Positions 53,322-64,000 of a stretch of 64,000 bases of DNA are shown in pieces. The notes beneath the pieces are model-generated. The model did no database searches, was not told the DNA's origin, and saw only the letters and a list, made by a program, of their open reading frames with translations. How positions within the stretch are numbered: position 1 is the stretch's first letter; each line of letters starts with the position of its first letter. A program made the translations under genes and the position numbers. Source of the DNA: Klebsiella phage vB_KpnM_VPA32; sequence record OP558005.1. The stretch is one strand, 5' to 3'.

Positions 53322-53343
53322 TATAAATATAAATGTATTTATA
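53322..53343. promoter_or_regulatory. back-to-back T4 late promoters (plus strand TATAAATA at 53322-53329 for uvsW; minus strand at 53336-53343 for inh)
   Basis: Two exact consensus copies in opposite orientation. Confidence 0.55.
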
Positions 53344-53358
53344 ACTAAGGAATCGGCA

Positions 53359-54861
53359 ATGCACGATATCAATGTAAAATTTCATGATTTTAGTCATGTG
53401 TTTATTGAGTGTGATGAATCCACATTCCATGAACTAAGAGACTATTTTAGTTTTGAAGCTGATGGCTACAAATTCAATCCAAAGTATCGTTATGGACATT
53501 GGGATGGACGTATTCGCCTTCTGAACTATGACCGTCTGTTACCGTTCGGCCTCGTCGGACAAATCCGTAAATTCGCAAACAACATGGGTTATTCAGTTTA
53601 CTTCGAACCGAAGATTTTTGAGACTGAAGAAATTACTCGTAAAGATTTTGATGACTGGCTTGGTAATCTTAACATTTACTCTGGGAGTAAAAAGATTGAG
53701 CCTCACTGGTATCAGAAAGATGCCGTGTTTGAAGGGTTAGTGAATCGTCGTCGAATTCTAAACCTCCCAACATCTGCTGGTAAATCTTTAATCCAATGCT
53801 TGCTTGCTCGTTATTATGTTGAGAACTACGAAGGTAAAATTTTAATCATCGTTCCAACAACAGCATTGGTTGACCAGATGATTAATGACTTCTGTGATTA
53901 TCGTCTGTTTGGCAAACAACATTGTCTTGGTATTCGCTCAGGTACAAAGCGCGATTCAGATGCAATGATTTATGTTGCCACCTGGCAGACAGCCGTTAAA
54001 CAACCAAAAGAATGGTTCCATCAATTCGGCATGATGATGAACGACGAATGTCATTTAGCTACTGGCAAGTCTATTTCAACTATAGTTGCTGGTTTAAATA
54101 ATTGCATGTTTAAGTTCGGCTTGTCTGGCTCATTAAAAGACGGTAAAGCTAATGTGATGCAGTATGTTGGAATGTTCGGTGAAATTTTCCGTCCAGTTTC
54201 AACATCTCAGCTTATGGAAGATGGTCAAGTAACTGACTTAAAAATTAACTCAATCTTCCTTCGTTACCCAGACGAATTCACCACTAAAATGAAAGGTAAA
54301 ACTTACCAAGAAGAAATCAAGGTAATTACCAGTGCAAAACGTCGTAACAAATGGGTAGCTAATTTAGCTGTTAAACTGGCCAAAAGAAATGAAAACGCGT
54401 TCTTGATGTTCAAACATGTTGCTCATGGTAAAGAGCTGTTTGAAATGATTAAAGAACTTGGGCATGAGAAAGTGTATTACGTTTCAGGCGAAGTATCAAC
54501 TGAAGTTCGTAACGCATTGAAAGTGATGGCTGAAAGTGGTACGGGGATTATTGTAGTTGCATCTTATGGTGTATTCTCTACTGGTATTTCCGTTAAGAAT
54601 CTTCACCATGTTATTTTAGCTCATCCAGTTAAATCTAAAATTATCGTTCTGCAAACTATCGGTCGTGTACTTCGTAAGCATGATTCTAAATCAGTTGCTA
54701 CAGTATGGGATATCATCGATGATATGGGTGTTAAACCAAAATCAGCAAATGCCAAGAAGAAATACGTTCATTTGAACTATGCTTTAAAGCACGCGCTGGA
54801 GCGCATTCAGAGATATGCAGACGAAAAATTCAATTACGTAATGAAACAAATCGATATTTGA
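53359..54861 (+). CDS. uvsW: UvsW helicase
   Basis: MHDINVKFHDFSHVFIECDESTFHELRDYFSFEADGYKFNP is near-identical to T4 UvsW; helicase motifs LPTSAGKS and DECH. Confidence 0.95.
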   Translation: MHDINVKFHDFSHVFIECDESTFHELRDYFSFEADGYKFNPKYRYGHWDGRIRLLNYDRLLPFGLVGQIRKFANNMGYSVYFEPKIFETEEITRKDFDDWLGNLNIYSGSKKIEPHWYQKDAVFEGLVNRRRILNLPTSAGKSLIQCLLARYYVENYEGKILIIVPTTALVDQMINDFCDYRLFGKQHCLGIRSGTKRDSDAMIYVATWQTAVKQPKEWFHQFGMMMNDECHLATGKSISTIVAGLNNCMFKFGLSGSLKDGKANVMQYVGMFGEIFRPVSTSQLMEDGQVTDLKINSIFLRYPDEFTTKMKGKTYQEEIKVITSAKRRNKWVANLAVKLAKRNENAFLMFKHVAHGKELFEMIKELGHEKVYYVSGEVSTEVRNALKVMAESGTGIIVVASYGVFSTGISVKNLHHVILAHPVKSKIIVLQTIGRVLRKHDSKSVATVWDIIDDMGVKPKSANAKKKYVHLNYALKHALERIQRYADEKFNYVMKQIDI

Positions 54862-54868
54862 GGAAGTT

Positions 54869-55099
54869 ATGAAAACATTCGAAGAAGTCATTTACGAAGC
54901 TACTATCGATACGTTTATGAGTAAGATTGCTCAATGCCAGACTTTGGAAGGTTTAGAAGAACTGGAAGCTTATTACAAAAAGCGTGTTAAAGAAGCTGAC
55001 CTGAAAGATACTGATGATATCTCTATCCGAGATGCATTGGCAGGAAAAAGAATGGAATTTGAATCTGAAGATGAGTCAGAGTCGGAAGAAGAATTCTAA
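54869..55099 (+). CDS. uvsW.1: UvsW.1
   Basis: 76 aa, directly downstream of uvsW as in T4. Confidence 0.85.
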   Translation: MKTFEEVIYEATIDTFMSKIAQCQTLEGLEELEAYYKKRVKEADLKDTDDISIRDALAGKRMEFESEDESESEEEF

Positions 55100-55104
55100 T
55101 AAAA

Positions 55105-55128
55105 AGGCCCCTCGAAAGAGGGGCAAAC
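55105..55128 (-). terminator. hairpin terminator (strongest on the minus strand, after uvsY.-2)
   Basis: GCCCCTC-GAAA-GAGGGGC with a T-run on the minus strand. Confidence 0.5.
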
Positions 55129-55151
55129 CACAAGTGGCATAAAACACTAGG

Positions 55152-55343
55152 CTACATTAAAAGTTGCGTTTCGTTTAATTGCTCTTCTGCGCTTTCGCTT
55201 ACCGGCAATTCAATCGCATAATTATAACAAGCACCTGGATGAACAGGGCCTTTATCTGTTTCAACAACCAACGCCGAATCAATCGGTTGCTTACAGACAG
55301 CACAAATCTTTTCAGACATGATTGTCTCCTCAGTTATTAACAA
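55152..55343 (-). CDS. uvsY.-2: UvsY.-2
   Basis: 63-aa Cys-containing protein; synteny. Confidence 0.75.
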   Translation of the reverse strand: MLITEETIMSEKICAVCKQPIDSALVVETDKGPVHPGACYNYAIELPVSESAEEQLNETQLLM

Positions 55344-55345
55344 TT

Positions 55346-55573
55346 CTATTTATAAGTTTGTTTATAAACTTCCATATTGCCGCCAATTTGTCTCATATGC
55401 ATGTCAATTCCCATATTTTCTTCATAGAAATAGACATCTAAGTAACCAGCGAACTTTCCTTTGATATAAAGTACATCTTCACCGACTGGATGGTCTGGAA
55501 CGATACGAATATCGTCCCTTCTAACACGCCGCGACTTCATCAAAAACTGTATTTCAGTTTCAAATTCATCCAT
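55346..55573 (-). CDS. uvsY.-1: UvsY.-1
   Basis: 75 aa; synteny. Confidence 0.75.
   Translation of the reverse strand: MDEFETEIQFLMKSRRVRRDDIRIVPDHPVGEDVLYIKGKFAGYLDVYFYEENMGIDMHMRQIGGNMEVYKQTYK
55347..55354 (-). promoter_or_regulatory. T4 late promoter TATAAATA (minus strand) for uvsY.-2
   Basis: Exact consensus a few nt upstream of the uvsY.-2 ATG. Confidence 0.5.
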
Positions 55574-55986
55574 TACTCACCAGCTTCAAACTTGCGCATA
55601 TCAATAATATGCTTGATTGAGAATCCACGAGATTTGATAGCATCCATCGCGTCACGACAGAACTCTAACAAAATTCCCCAGTATTGCAAACTTGTATCAA
55701 TACGAAGAACTTCTTTATCAGCAGACAGAACAGTCTTCATTTCGGACTTTTCATAACGGTCCATGCTGAACTCGTCACCATCGCCTCTGCCTGTGTAATA
55801 ATCCAACTTCTGCTTTAACGCGGACTTCTTCGAAGCCTCGATGCGAAGCATTTCTTTACGAATAGCAGACAATTTTGTCAACCATTTACCATAAAGAACT
55901 GGATTATTAGCTGCTTCATACTGCAATTTAGTTGAATCAATAATCAAATCTTGTTTCAACTCCTCTTGGAGCTCTTCAAGTTTCAC
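55573..55986 (-). CDS. uvsY: UvsY recombination mediator
   Basis: 137 aa, near-identical to T4 UvsY (MKLEELQEELKQDLIIDSTKLQYEAANNP...). Confidence 0.95.
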   Translation of the reverse strand: MKLEELQEELKQDLIIDSTKLQYEAANNPVLYGKWLTKLSAIRKEMLRIEASKKSALKQKLDYYTGRGDGDEFSMDRYEKSEMKTVLSADKEVLRIDTSLQYWGILLEFCRDAMDAIKSRGFSIKHIIDMRKFEAGE

Positions 55987-56569
55987 TCACTTTCCTCTTA
56001 AAATATTCAACCATTCCAGCATAATCTACGGCTGGAAACCCATTATTCTTAGCTATAGTACCAAATTTACCACGTTTTGGTTTATTATTGCTTAACCAAA
56101 GAGAGTACAATTCAGTTTCTTTATCCCATGGGATAGCTGAGCTTCTTTTAGATATCTTTGTAGAGTCTTTAGCCCAGTGAGATTGGGTTTTAAACTTTTC
56201 TTTCATTGATTTAGATATCTTAAGTTTTCTTTCATTTGAGCATGGGCGCTTTAATCCACTCATTGGATGTATTTCCCATACTCTGCCTCCATCTCCACCG
56301 TCTGCAATGTTAACACAATTACTGAATTTTTCTTTTGCTTCTCTTATAAGCAAATTTTCGAATTCAGCGTTTAGTTCAGCGGTTTCAAATGTGGCAAGCA
56401 CATATTTTTCAAACCTTATACTTGGATTCTTTTTGGCATCTTTTATAGCCTTGCCAGAACCTATGTACTTATTGTTTAAACCGCATCTAGAAGAATGTTT
56501 TCCAAAATACAGTTTTATTCCGTTATCACTTATAATTTTAGTAAGATAGCAATAATGGTCCATAATCAC
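55976..56569 (-). mobile_element. Seg-like GIY-YIG homing endonuclease gene inserted between gene 25 and uvsY
   Basis: YCYLTKIISDNGIKLYFGKHS (GIY-YIG variant), then KYIGSGKAIKDA...NCVNIADGGDGG as in SegB-E; this intergenic position is empty in T4. Confidence 0.6.
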
Positions 56570-56639
56570 CTTTCTTTGTTCAATTTGTTACTCTAGCAAG
56601 GAACTCAAAACCATTATAATCATCTTGAAATGAAAGCGA

Positions 56640-57038
56640 TTAGTTACGGCTTGAGCTTGCCAACTGAAGCTTAATCTGCTCAAGGTCGTCCGGGTTGTCA
56701 ACTACAGAGAACCGAACTTCAACGATAAGCGTATGGTCATCGTAAACCGGAGTAACATTCACTTGTAGACGACGGACTCGCGGTTCATAGTTTCTTATAG
56801 CAGATATGATATTTCGTTCTACTGTATCAGCTGTCAGAGGAGTCATGTTCTCGAAAAGCTGGTCTTGTAAATCACACCCAAAGTTAGGGTCGAATGGACG
56901 GCTTCCCTTTCTTGTTGTTATAATACCTAAAAGAGAGTTTTTAATTGCTCGTAACCCACGAGCACGTGCCACGTCTTTGGACCAATCCATTTTAAGTTCA
57001 GGGTCCAAATCCGAATAAAGGTCATTTATATTTGCCAT
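56640..57038 (-). CDS. 25: baseplate wedge gp25
   Basis: 132 aa, near-identical to T4 gp25. Confidence 0.95.
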   Translation of the reverse strand: MANINDLYSDLDPELKMDWSKDVARARGLRAIKNSLLGIITTRKGSRPFDPNFGCDLQDQLFENMTPLTADTVERNIISAIRNYEPRVRRLQVNVTPVYDDHTLIVEVRFSVVDNPDDLEQIKLQLASSSRN

Positions 57039-57667
57039 TACAGATACCTGAAGAATTCTTTAAGGCCTTTAATCACTTCAACGTGAGTTGCTCCGCATTT
57101 CTGACATTTCACAGGAACTGCAAGATAAACGGTAGGCTTTAAAAGCATATTTTTGATGCGGATAATATCCTCTTCAGTGATAGCTGAGTAAAGGTCATCG
57201 ATTTCTTTGTCATTCAAATCTTCGATTGAAATGGTTTCACCATTCACATAGATGTACTCGATACACGTAGCAATCATCTGTGCGATGTTCTTATCATCGA
57301 ATAATTTTGGATAACGAAGCTTAAGTTTAAAATTCGCTAGAGGATACCAGAGGTCTTCTGGTTCATCGATTTGTGCAGATGTAAAGTTAATCGGTGTTAA
57401 TGTTTCGTGACCCTCTGGACATATCCAGATGTTCTCATGATTAACCTCACCTAATGAGTGAGACCATAACTGAATCAGCAGAAGTTCTGATTCTTGTTTG
57501 TTAAGGTTTCGTGCTGATGTACAATTATTAATCAACCGTTTTACTACTTCATCAATGTTTCCATTGATTTTGCCATCGATGAGCTCTTTGTATTCTTCTA
57601 ACGTAAAAGCTCTGCATTGGATATCAGAGCCGTTAATCTGGACTTCAAATTTGTAATCGTAGTTCAT
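57038..57667 (-). CDS. 26: baseplate hub gp26
   Basis: 209 aa; synteny. Confidence 0.9.
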   Translation of the reverse strand: MNYDYKFEVQINGSDIQCRAFTLEEYKELIDGKINGNIDEVVKRLINNCTSARNLNKQESELLLIQLWSHSLGEVNHENIWICPEGHETLTPINFTSAQIDEPEDLWYPLANFKLKLRYPKLFDDKNIAQMIATCIEYIYVNGETISIEDLNDKEIDDLYSAITEEDIIRIKNMLLKPTVYLAVPVKCQKCGATHVEVIKGLKEFFRYL

Positions 57668-57684
57668 ATTAGCTCCTTACGGAC

Positions 57685-57696
57685 TATTTATAAATA
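57685..57696. promoter_or_regulatory. overlapping divergent late promoters TATTTATAAATA (minus strand for gene 26, plus strand for gene 51)
   Basis: The palindromic overlap gives TATAAATA on both strands. Confidence 0.6.
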
Positions 57697-57716
57697 TTTC
57701 AATAAAGGAGACCTCT

Positions 57717-58469
57717 ATGGCCAATATAATTCGTTGTGTACTACCGGACGGGGTCCATCGTTTTAAACCCTTCACGGTAGCTGATTACAGAGATTTTCTT
57801 CTGGTTCGTAACGACATGCAACACAAAACTTACGAAGAGCAGAAGGTGATTATAAAAGAACTTTTAGCTGATTACTTTGGTGAATATCCAGAGACTTTAC
57901 GTCCATACATGTTCATGAAAGTATTCACTGGCTCAATCGGTAAAACAAAAATTCCAGTAGCTTTCACTTGTCCGACTTGCGAAAAACAAAAGCAAGTTCT
58001 GTTTGATATCAGTCAAGAGGATTTGGTTGAACCTACTATTGAAGTGGCTGGAATCACAATAGCTTTCAAATTCCCTGAGAAGGAATACGAAGATAAAGCT
58101 GCAATGATTTATGATTGCATTAAAGCAATTAAATACAACAATCAATGGTATCCTTGGAAAGAGATGTCGGAAGACAACCAAATCCAAGTAATAGAAGCAA
58201 TTGACTTCACAACGTTTGAAAAGATTTACACTCAATTAACTCCGATGAGATTTGAACTTAAGATGAAATGTTGCGAGTTGAGAACAAACGTGTATGAAGA
58301 CATTTTATCAGTCTTTAAGCTTCTGATAAACCCGGATGAAATTTTTAGCTTCTACCAAATCAATCACACTCTAGTTAAAAGTTCATACGACTTGAACAGC
58401 ATAATGGGTATGATTCCAATCGAGCGAAGCATCGCCCTTTCGTTAGTAGAGAAGGACAATAAGAAATGA
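57717..58469 (+). CDS. 51: baseplate hub assembly catalyst gp51
   Basis: 250 aa; synteny. Confidence 0.9.
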   Translation: MANIIRCVLPDGVHRFKPFTVADYRDFLLVRNDMQHKTYEEQKVIIKELLADYFGEYPETLRPYMFMKVFTGSIGKTKIPVAFTCPTCEKQKQVLFDISQEDLVEPTIEVAGITIAFKFPEKEYEDKAAMIYDCIKAIKYNNQWYPWKEMSEDNQIQVIEAIDFTTFEKIYTQLTPMRFELKMKCCELRTNVYEDILSVFKLLINPDEIFSFYQINHTLVKSSYDLNSIMGMIPIERSIALSLVEKDNKK

Positions 58470-59650
58470 CAGTACTACAACGTCCAGGTTTTCCTAACTT
58501 AAGCATAAAGCTCTATGAAAATTACGATGCTTGGTTAGATAACCGTTTCCTTGAATTAGCAGCAACTGTAACTACACTCACAATGCGTGATGGCCTTTAT
58601 GGAAGAAATGAAGGGATGCTGCAATTCTATGACAACAAAAATATGCATACAAGAATGAATGGTGACCAAATCATTCAGATTTCTGTAGCTAATGCGAACA
58701 GTAAAAGAACGTTGAACCGCATTTATGGTTGTAAGCACTTTTCAGTTTCAGTTGACTCTAAAGGTGATAACATAATCGCAATTCAGCTTGGATTAGTGCA
58801 TGAGATTATCAACCTCAAATTTAGTCGTTGTTTCTTCAATGATGCAGGTGAGTCAATTAAAGAGATGATTGGTGTAATTTACCAAGACACTCCTCATATC
58901 GCTCCAGCTATAAACTCGATTAACACTTACGTTCCACGAGTTCCATGGACGAGTACGTTAAAAGACTATTTAGCTTGGGTTAGAGAAATATCTCTAGCCG
59001 TTGAAAGTGACCAGTTTGTATTTGTATGGGAAGACATCTATGGCATTAACATGATGGACTACGCGTTCATGATTGCCCAAGAGCCTATCCCGGTTGTTGT
59101 TGGTGAACCACGCCAAATTGGCCAAATGATTAATGAATTGAACACTGACCTTGCTTATAATTTCGAGTGGCTTACTAAAGCTAATCAATTCACTCGAAAC
59201 CCGATGGCAAATGCGACATTTTATGCTCACAGCTTCCTTGATAATCAATTCCCTCGAATTGTTACAGGTGATGGTTATAACTCGGTGCTAGTGTCTCGTT
59301 CAGGTTCATATTCTGAAATGACTTATCGTAACGCATATGAAGAAGCTTTACGATTAGGAACAATGGCGCAATATGATGGTTACGCTAAGTGCACTATGGT
59401 TGGTAACTTTGAATATACTCCAGGAAAAAAGATAAACTTCTTTGACCCTAAAAACCAGTTCCGCACAAACTTTTACGTAGATGAAGTTATTCATGAAGTT
59501 TCTAACAACCAGTCAATAACTACATTGTATATGTTTACTAACGGACAGAACTTAAGTCCAGTAGAACCAATTAAGGTGAAAAATGAATTTAAACCTAATA
59601 CTTCCAATGAAAACAATTCAAGTGAACCAGAAGGAAATAAAAATTCCTAA
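58466..59650 (+). CDS. 27: baseplate hub gp27
   Basis: 394 aa; synteny. Confidence 0.9.
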   Translation: MTVLQRPGFPNLSIKLYENYDAWLDNRFLELAATVTTLTMRDGLYGRNEGMLQFYDNKNMHTRMNGDQIIQISVANANSKRTLNRIYGCKHFSVSVDSKGDNIIAIQLGLVHEIINLKFSRCFFNDAGESIKEMIGVIYQDTPHIAPAINSINTYVPRVPWTSTLKDYLAWVREISLAVESDQFVFVWEDIYGINMMDYAFMIAQEPIPVVVGEPRQIGQMINELNTDLAYNFEWLTKANQFTRNPMANATFYAHSFLDNQFPRIVTGDGYNSVLVSRSGSYSEMTYRNAYEEALRLGTMAQYDGYAKCTMVGNFEYTPGKKINFFDPKNQFRTNFYVDEVIHEVSNNQSITTLYMFTNGQNLSPVEPIKVKNEFKPNTSNENNSSEPEGNKNS

Positions 59651-60110
59651 GCTTGGATTGAAGCATCACAACATGCTGAAAGAAGTTAAATCTCCGGAAG
59701 AGAATTTATCGCTGCTGATTAATTCAATTCATCCAGGTTTAACACCAGCCGAAATCGATTACGTTTCAATTCATTTACTTGAGTTCAACGGTAAGATTAA
59801 AAGTAAGGTAGTCAAAGATGATTTTGAATATGACCTTTCAACTTTAAGAATTGTTCAACGATTAGAATTTCAATTCGCTGGTCATACTTTCAAATTCAGA
59901 GCTCCTAAGCAGTTTGAAGGATTTGGCGGTGTTGATAAGATGCTTTCAAAATGCCTTGAAACGGTAGACGGTAAAAAAGAAGATGTCGACTTCATGAAGA
60001 TGCCAGCATTTGTAACTAAATGGGCAGACGACATTTCAAGTACCGTAGCAGTAAGCGGCCCTAATGGCGACATCAGAGGAGTTGCCAAAATCATAGGAAT
60101 TTTTGAATGA
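59583..60110 (+). CDS. 28: baseplate hub distal subunit gp28
   Basis: 175 aa; overlaps the gp27 3' end as in T4. Confidence 0.85.
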   Translation: MNLNLILPMKTIQVNQKEIKIPKLGLKHHNMLKEVKSPEENLSLLINSIHPGLTPAEIDYVSIHLLEFNGKIKSKVVKDDFEYDLSTLRIVQRLEFQFAGHTFKFRAPKQFEGFGGVDKMLSKCLETVDGKKEDVDFMKMPAFVTKWADDISSTVAVSGPNGDIRGVAKIIGIFE

Positions 60111-61867
60111 AAACCGAAAACATGAAGACGATGCGTCGGAAGGTTATTGAAGAGGGTCGTAGTGAAAGAGATGCAGCGAAAGCTGCATCAACTCAAGCCG
60201 AATCTTTATCAGTTCTTTCTTCCCAGCTTGATGATTTACAAACTCAAGCTGAGCTTACGTCTGAAGTAATTGAGGATAAAGGTAATCAAGTTATTGATGC
60301 CTTGAATCGCGTTGACCAAAGCATAATTGATACTACAGCCGGAGCTGAATTAACCGCCGAAGCATCTGAAAGAACTACAGAAGCTGTTAAGCAGCAGACT
60401 GAAGTATCAAACAAGATTTCAGATAAGCTCAGTAAGCTAACAGAACTTTTAAATGAACGTCTTTCAGCTATCACTCCGAATCTTCCACAGATATCTGTTC
60501 CAGATACATCACTGTCTGTAGTTGAAGATGCAGTACCTGTTGATATAGTGACACCAGGGTTACCAGAATTACTTCAGGAGTTAATTCCGGACCCGGTCAA
60601 TAATACCAATAACCCTAATGATGCGTTCTTCCCTACCGTTCCAGAGAACCCAGAGAGTGATTCTAAAAAGGGAGCTGATGAGGAACGTAAAAAGAAAGAC
60701 TCTGACACTCTGAGCAATCTGCTTAAAGCTACAAAAAGCGGATTCAAAGCTTCAATGAGCATTACAGACAGAATAGCTGGAATGCTTTTCAAGTACACTG
60801 TAACTGCTGTGATTGAAGCTGCTAAAACAGCTGCACTGTTGTTCTCTATTGTGCTTGGCATTGATGTCATAATGAAGCACTTCAAATATTGGTCAGACAA
60901 ATTCACTTCGGATTTCGATAAGTTCTCTAGCGAAGCTGGCGAATGGGGAAGCACATTAGCATCTATATTTGGAACACTTGAAAATATTCAGAAGTTCTGG
61001 GAAGCTGGAGACTGGTCTGGATTGGCAGTTGCAATTGTCAAAGGCGTAACTGAAATCATTTACAACCTCAGTGAACTTATTTCTCTTGGAATGTCAAAGG
61101 TAGCTGCTGCTATTCTTTCAATTATTCCTGGCTTAGGAGATGCTGCATTATCTGTTGAAGGGGCTGCATTAGAAGGATTCCAAGAAAGAACAGGTAACTC
61201 TCTTTCTAAAGAAGACCAAGACACATTAGCTAAGTATCAATCATCTAAGATTGAAAAAGGCGAAAACTTCTTCGATAAAGTATCTCAAGGTAAAACTTGG
61301 ATTGTTAACAAAATAACTGGAGATGCTAACATTTCTGATTTTGTTACAGATGAAGAAAGAGAATCCCAGAATGAAAAACTTCGTCAGATGAAACCTGAAG
61401 AAAGGGAACAAGTTCTGAAGAAAGGGAATGAAGCTCGTGCTGCTATTGTTAGATTTGAAAAATACATGGAACAAATCAACCCTGACGATAAACGTTCAGT
61501 TGAATCAGCTGACAAAGCGTATGCTAATCTTCAAACGCAGTTAAACGACACTGACCTGAATAATTCTCCTGTAACTAAAAAAGAATTAAGTGCTCGTATG
61601 AATATTGTTACTGCTAAGTATGATAAGCTCAAAGGTAAAGAACCTCAGCCTGCTCCATCGTCTCAATCTGAGGATGTTAAAAAAGTCGAAAGCATTGAGA
61701 AGAATAAAGCGGCTAAAGAGGCTTCATTAGGTACTAGTGCTGGAGCTGCTGCGGCTAACTTGTTCAATACAAATAACGTCATTAACAACAGTAGAACTAT
61801 AAATACTGTTAGTCCTGTAACGAGCACTAATGCTCCAGGCGTATTTGGTGCAACTGGTGTTAACTAA
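60107..61867 (+). CDS. 29: tail length tape-measure / hub protein gp29
   Basis: 586 aa; synteny. Confidence 0.9.
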   Translation: MKTENMKTMRRKVIEEGRSERDAAKAASTQAESLSVLSSQLDDLQTQAELTSEVIEDKGNQVIDALNRVDQSIIDTTAGAELTAEASERTTEAVKQQTEVSNKISDKLSKLTELLNERLSAITPNLPQISVPDTSLSVVEDAVPVDIVTPGLPELLQELIPDPVNNTNNPNDAFFPTVPENPESDSKKGADEERKKKDSDTLSNLLKATKSGFKASMSITDRIAGMLFKYTVTAVIEAAKTAALLFSIVLGIDVIMKHFKYWSDKFTSDFDKFSSEAGEWGSTLASIFGTLENIQKFWEAGDWSGLAVAIVKGVTEIIYNLSELISLGMSKVAAAILSIIPGLGDAALSVEGAALEGFQERTGNSLSKEDQDTLAKYQSSKIEKGENFFDKVSQGKTWIVNKITGDANISDFVTDEERESQNEKLRQMKPEEREQVLKKGNEARAAIVRFEKYMEQINPDDKRSVESADKAYANLQTQLNDTDLNNSPVTKKELSARMNIVTAKYDKLKGKEPQPAPSSQSEDVKKVESIEKNKAAKEASLGTSAGAAAANLFNTNNVINNSRTINTVSPVTSTNAPGVFGATGVN

Positions 61868-61876
61868 GGAATAATC

Positions 61877-62926
61877 ATGGCTATAAGAGCTACAGAAATT
61901 CTAGATAAAGATTTCGGCAGTGGAGAAAAGACCTCTGCCGGTCAAAGTTCTATTTCGTCAACTCGAAGAAGTACTATAGTAGCTCAATACCCGGCACAAC
62001 GTGCCGCCGGTAACGATGCTGCAGGAGACCTTCGTGTTCATGACCTTTATAAGAATGGATTGTTATTTACTGCATACGATATGAGTTCAAGAACATCTCC
62101 GGACCTTCGTAATATGCGTCAATCCCAATTGAGTAAATCAGCGAGTTCTATTCTTAATAGCCTCGGAATTAAAAATAACGGCCAAGTTGATAAATCTCCG
62201 ATTGCGAATATTTTACTTCCACGTTCTAAATCTGACGTTGAATCAACTTCTCACAAGTTCAATGACGTTGGTGAATCATTAATTACTCGTGGAAATAATT
62301 CAGCTACTGGAGTATTGAGTAACGTTGCATCCACAGCAGTATTTGGTGCATTAGATTCAGTCACTCAAGGTCTGATGGCCGACAATAACGAGCAAATCTA
62401 TAATACTGCGCGAAGCATGTATGCTGGAGCAGATAACAGAACAAAAGTATTCACTTGGGATTTGACTCCTCGTTCAGTAGCTGATTTAGTTTCAATTATT
62501 CAGATATACGAGTGCTTTAATTATTTCAGCTATGGCGAAACTGGCAATTCAAGTTACGCTAAAGAATTAAAAGGCCAATTGGATGAGTGGTACAAAACAA
62601 CTCTGTTGTCTCCATTAACTCCAGATGGAGCTGATTTGAACAACACAATGTTTGAAAATATCACTTCATTCTTAAGTAACGTTATTGTTGTAACTAACCC
62701 AACGGTATGGTTCATCAGAAACTTTGGTAAGACATCTAAATTTGATGGAAGAACCGAGTTGTTTGGTCCATGCCAGATTCAGAGTATTCGCTTTGATAAA
62801 ACTCCGAATGGTCAATTCAATGGTTTAGCAATTGCTCCTAATATGCCAAGCACTTTTACTCTGGAAATTACTTTCCGCGAAATCTTGACATTAAGCAGGG
62901 CATCACTTTATGCAGAAGGTTTCTAA
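61877..62926 (+). CDS. 48: baseplate tail-tube cap gp48
   Basis: 349 aa; synteny. Confidence 0.9.
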   Translation: MAIRATEILDKDFGSGEKTSAGQSSISSTRRSTIVAQYPAQRAAGNDAAGDLRVHDLYKNGLLFTAYDMSSRTSPDLRNMRQSQLSKSASSILNSLGIKNNGQVDKSPIANILLPRSKSDVESTSHKFNDVGESLITRGNNSATGVLSNVASTAVFGALDSVTQGLMADNNEQIYNTARSMYAGADNRTKVFTWDLTPRSVADLVSIIQIYECFNYFSYGETGNSSYAKELKGQLDEWYKTTLLSPLTPDGADLNNTMFENITSFLSNVIVVTNPTVWFIRNFGKTSKFDGRTELFGPCQIQSIRFDKTPNGQFNGLAIAPNMPSTFTLEITFREILTLSRASLYAEGF

Positions 62927-63888
62927 TGCTTAATTTAGATGAATTCAACAACCAAGTAATGAACGTTGATTTTCAACGTACAAATATGTTTAGTTGTGTA
63001 TTCGCAACGACTCCATCTGCAAAGTCTCAATTATTGCTGGACCAATTCGGTGGAATGCTTTATAATAACTTGCCAGTCTCAGGAGACTGGCTTGGATTAT
63101 CTCAAGGCGAATTTACGCAAGGAATTACATCAATTATCACTGCAGGTACCCAAGAACTAGTTCGTAAATCGGGCGTATCTAAGTACCTTATCGGCGCGAT
63201 GACAAACCGTGTTGTTCAATCTTTATTGGGAGAATTTGAAGTTGGTACTTATTTACTTGACTTCTTCAATATGGCTTTCCCAACATCAGGATTGATGATT
63301 TATTCAGCTAAAATTCCTGATAACAGACTGTCACACGAAACAGATTGGCTTCATAACTCTCCGAATATTCGTATCACCGGAAGAGAATTGGAACCACTTA
63401 CATTAAGTTTCCGAATGGATTCTGAAGCAAGCAACTGGAGAGCAATGCAAGACTGGGTTAACTCTGTACAAGACCCAGTCACTGGATTAAGAGCTCTTCC
63501 TATCGATGTTGAAGCTGATATTCAAGTTAACTTACATGCACGTAATGGATTACCTCATACTGTGTGTATGTTTACTGGGTGTGTTCCAGTTTCATGTGGT
63601 TCACCTGAATTTACTTGGGATGGCGACAACCAAATTGCTGTATTTGATGTTCAGTTTGCTTATCGTGTTATGCAGGTAGGTGCTGTTGGCCGTCAAGCAG
63701 CCGCTGATTGGGTTGAAGATAGACTTGTTCATTCTATTGGAAATATTTCTGATGACATGAGTCTGGACCCATCGGTGTCAAGACTAAGTAGATTAGGAGG
63801 CGCTGCTGGAGGTGTTACTCAGATGGGTAATGCAATAGGGCGTAAGACTGGAATGTGGAATAGTACTTCCAAGATACTTGGATTATGA
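62926..63888 (+). CDS. 54: baseplate tail-tube initiator gp54
   Basis: 320 aa, the same length as T4 gp54. Confidence 0.9.
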   Translation: MLNLDEFNNQVMNVDFQRTNMFSCVFATTPSAKSQLLLDQFGGMLYNNLPVSGDWLGLSQGEFTQGITSIITAGTQELVRKSGVSKYLIGAMTNRVVQSLLGEFEVGTYLLDFFNMAFPTSGLMIYSAKIPDNRLSHETDWLHNSPNIRITGRELEPLTLSFRMDSEASNWRAMQDWVNSVQDPVTGLRALPIDVEADIQVNLHARNGLPHTVCMFTGCVPVSCGSPEFTWDGDNQIAVFDVQFAYRVMQVGAVGRQAAADWVEDRLVHSIGNISDDMSLDPSVSRLSRLGGAAGGVTQMGNAIGRKTGMWNSTSKILGL

Positions 63889-63891
63889 AAA

Positions 63892-63925
63892 AAGGGAGCC
63901 AAAAGGCTCCCTTTGTTTTATTTGC
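63892..63925 (+). terminator. terminator after gene 54
   Basis: GGGAGCC-AAAA-GGCTCCC followed by TTTGTTTTATTT. Confidence 0.6.
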
Positions 63926-64000
63926 GGAACACCACGAAAGCATTTAGAACAACTTCAGAAGATTGCTCAACGTTAGTTACAGTGATTTTAAACGGAACTT

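Overview
This window is a segment of a T4-like (Tevenvirinae) lytic myovirus genome. From left to right it contains: (i) the late-lysis and hypervariable arm, all on the minus strand, with lysozyme e, NudE, many small ORFs of unknown function, three proteins carrying the T4 internal-protein capsid-targeting signal, a NADAR protein and acidic ORFs; (ii) a tRNA supercluster of about 18-21 phage tRNAs at 9.27-14.14 kb on the minus strand, interrupted by a 2-kb coding insert; (iii) the T4 syntenic block 57B-57A-1-3-2-4, then on the plus strand 53-5-5.1-5.4-6-7-8-9-10-11-12-wac-13-14-15-16-17-18-19-20-67-68-21-22-23-24, then rnlB-hoc-inh on the minus strand, uvsW-uvsW.1 on the plus strand, uvsY on the minus strand, and baseplate hub genes 25-26-51-27-28-29-48-54. 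Protein identities were assigned by direct recognition of T4 orthologues (about 70-90% identity by eye to T4 e, gp23, gp25, UvsW, UvsY, Hoc, Rnl2 and gp1). Differences from T4 are concentrated in the e-to-57B arm and in insertions next to gene 24 and uvsY; candidate anti-defence and mobile functions sit there. Several T4 late promoters (TATAAATA) and GC hairpin terminators are visible. Coordinates of RNA features carry +/-1-2 nt uncertainty. No homology search could be run, so all similarity statements are from memory of the families.
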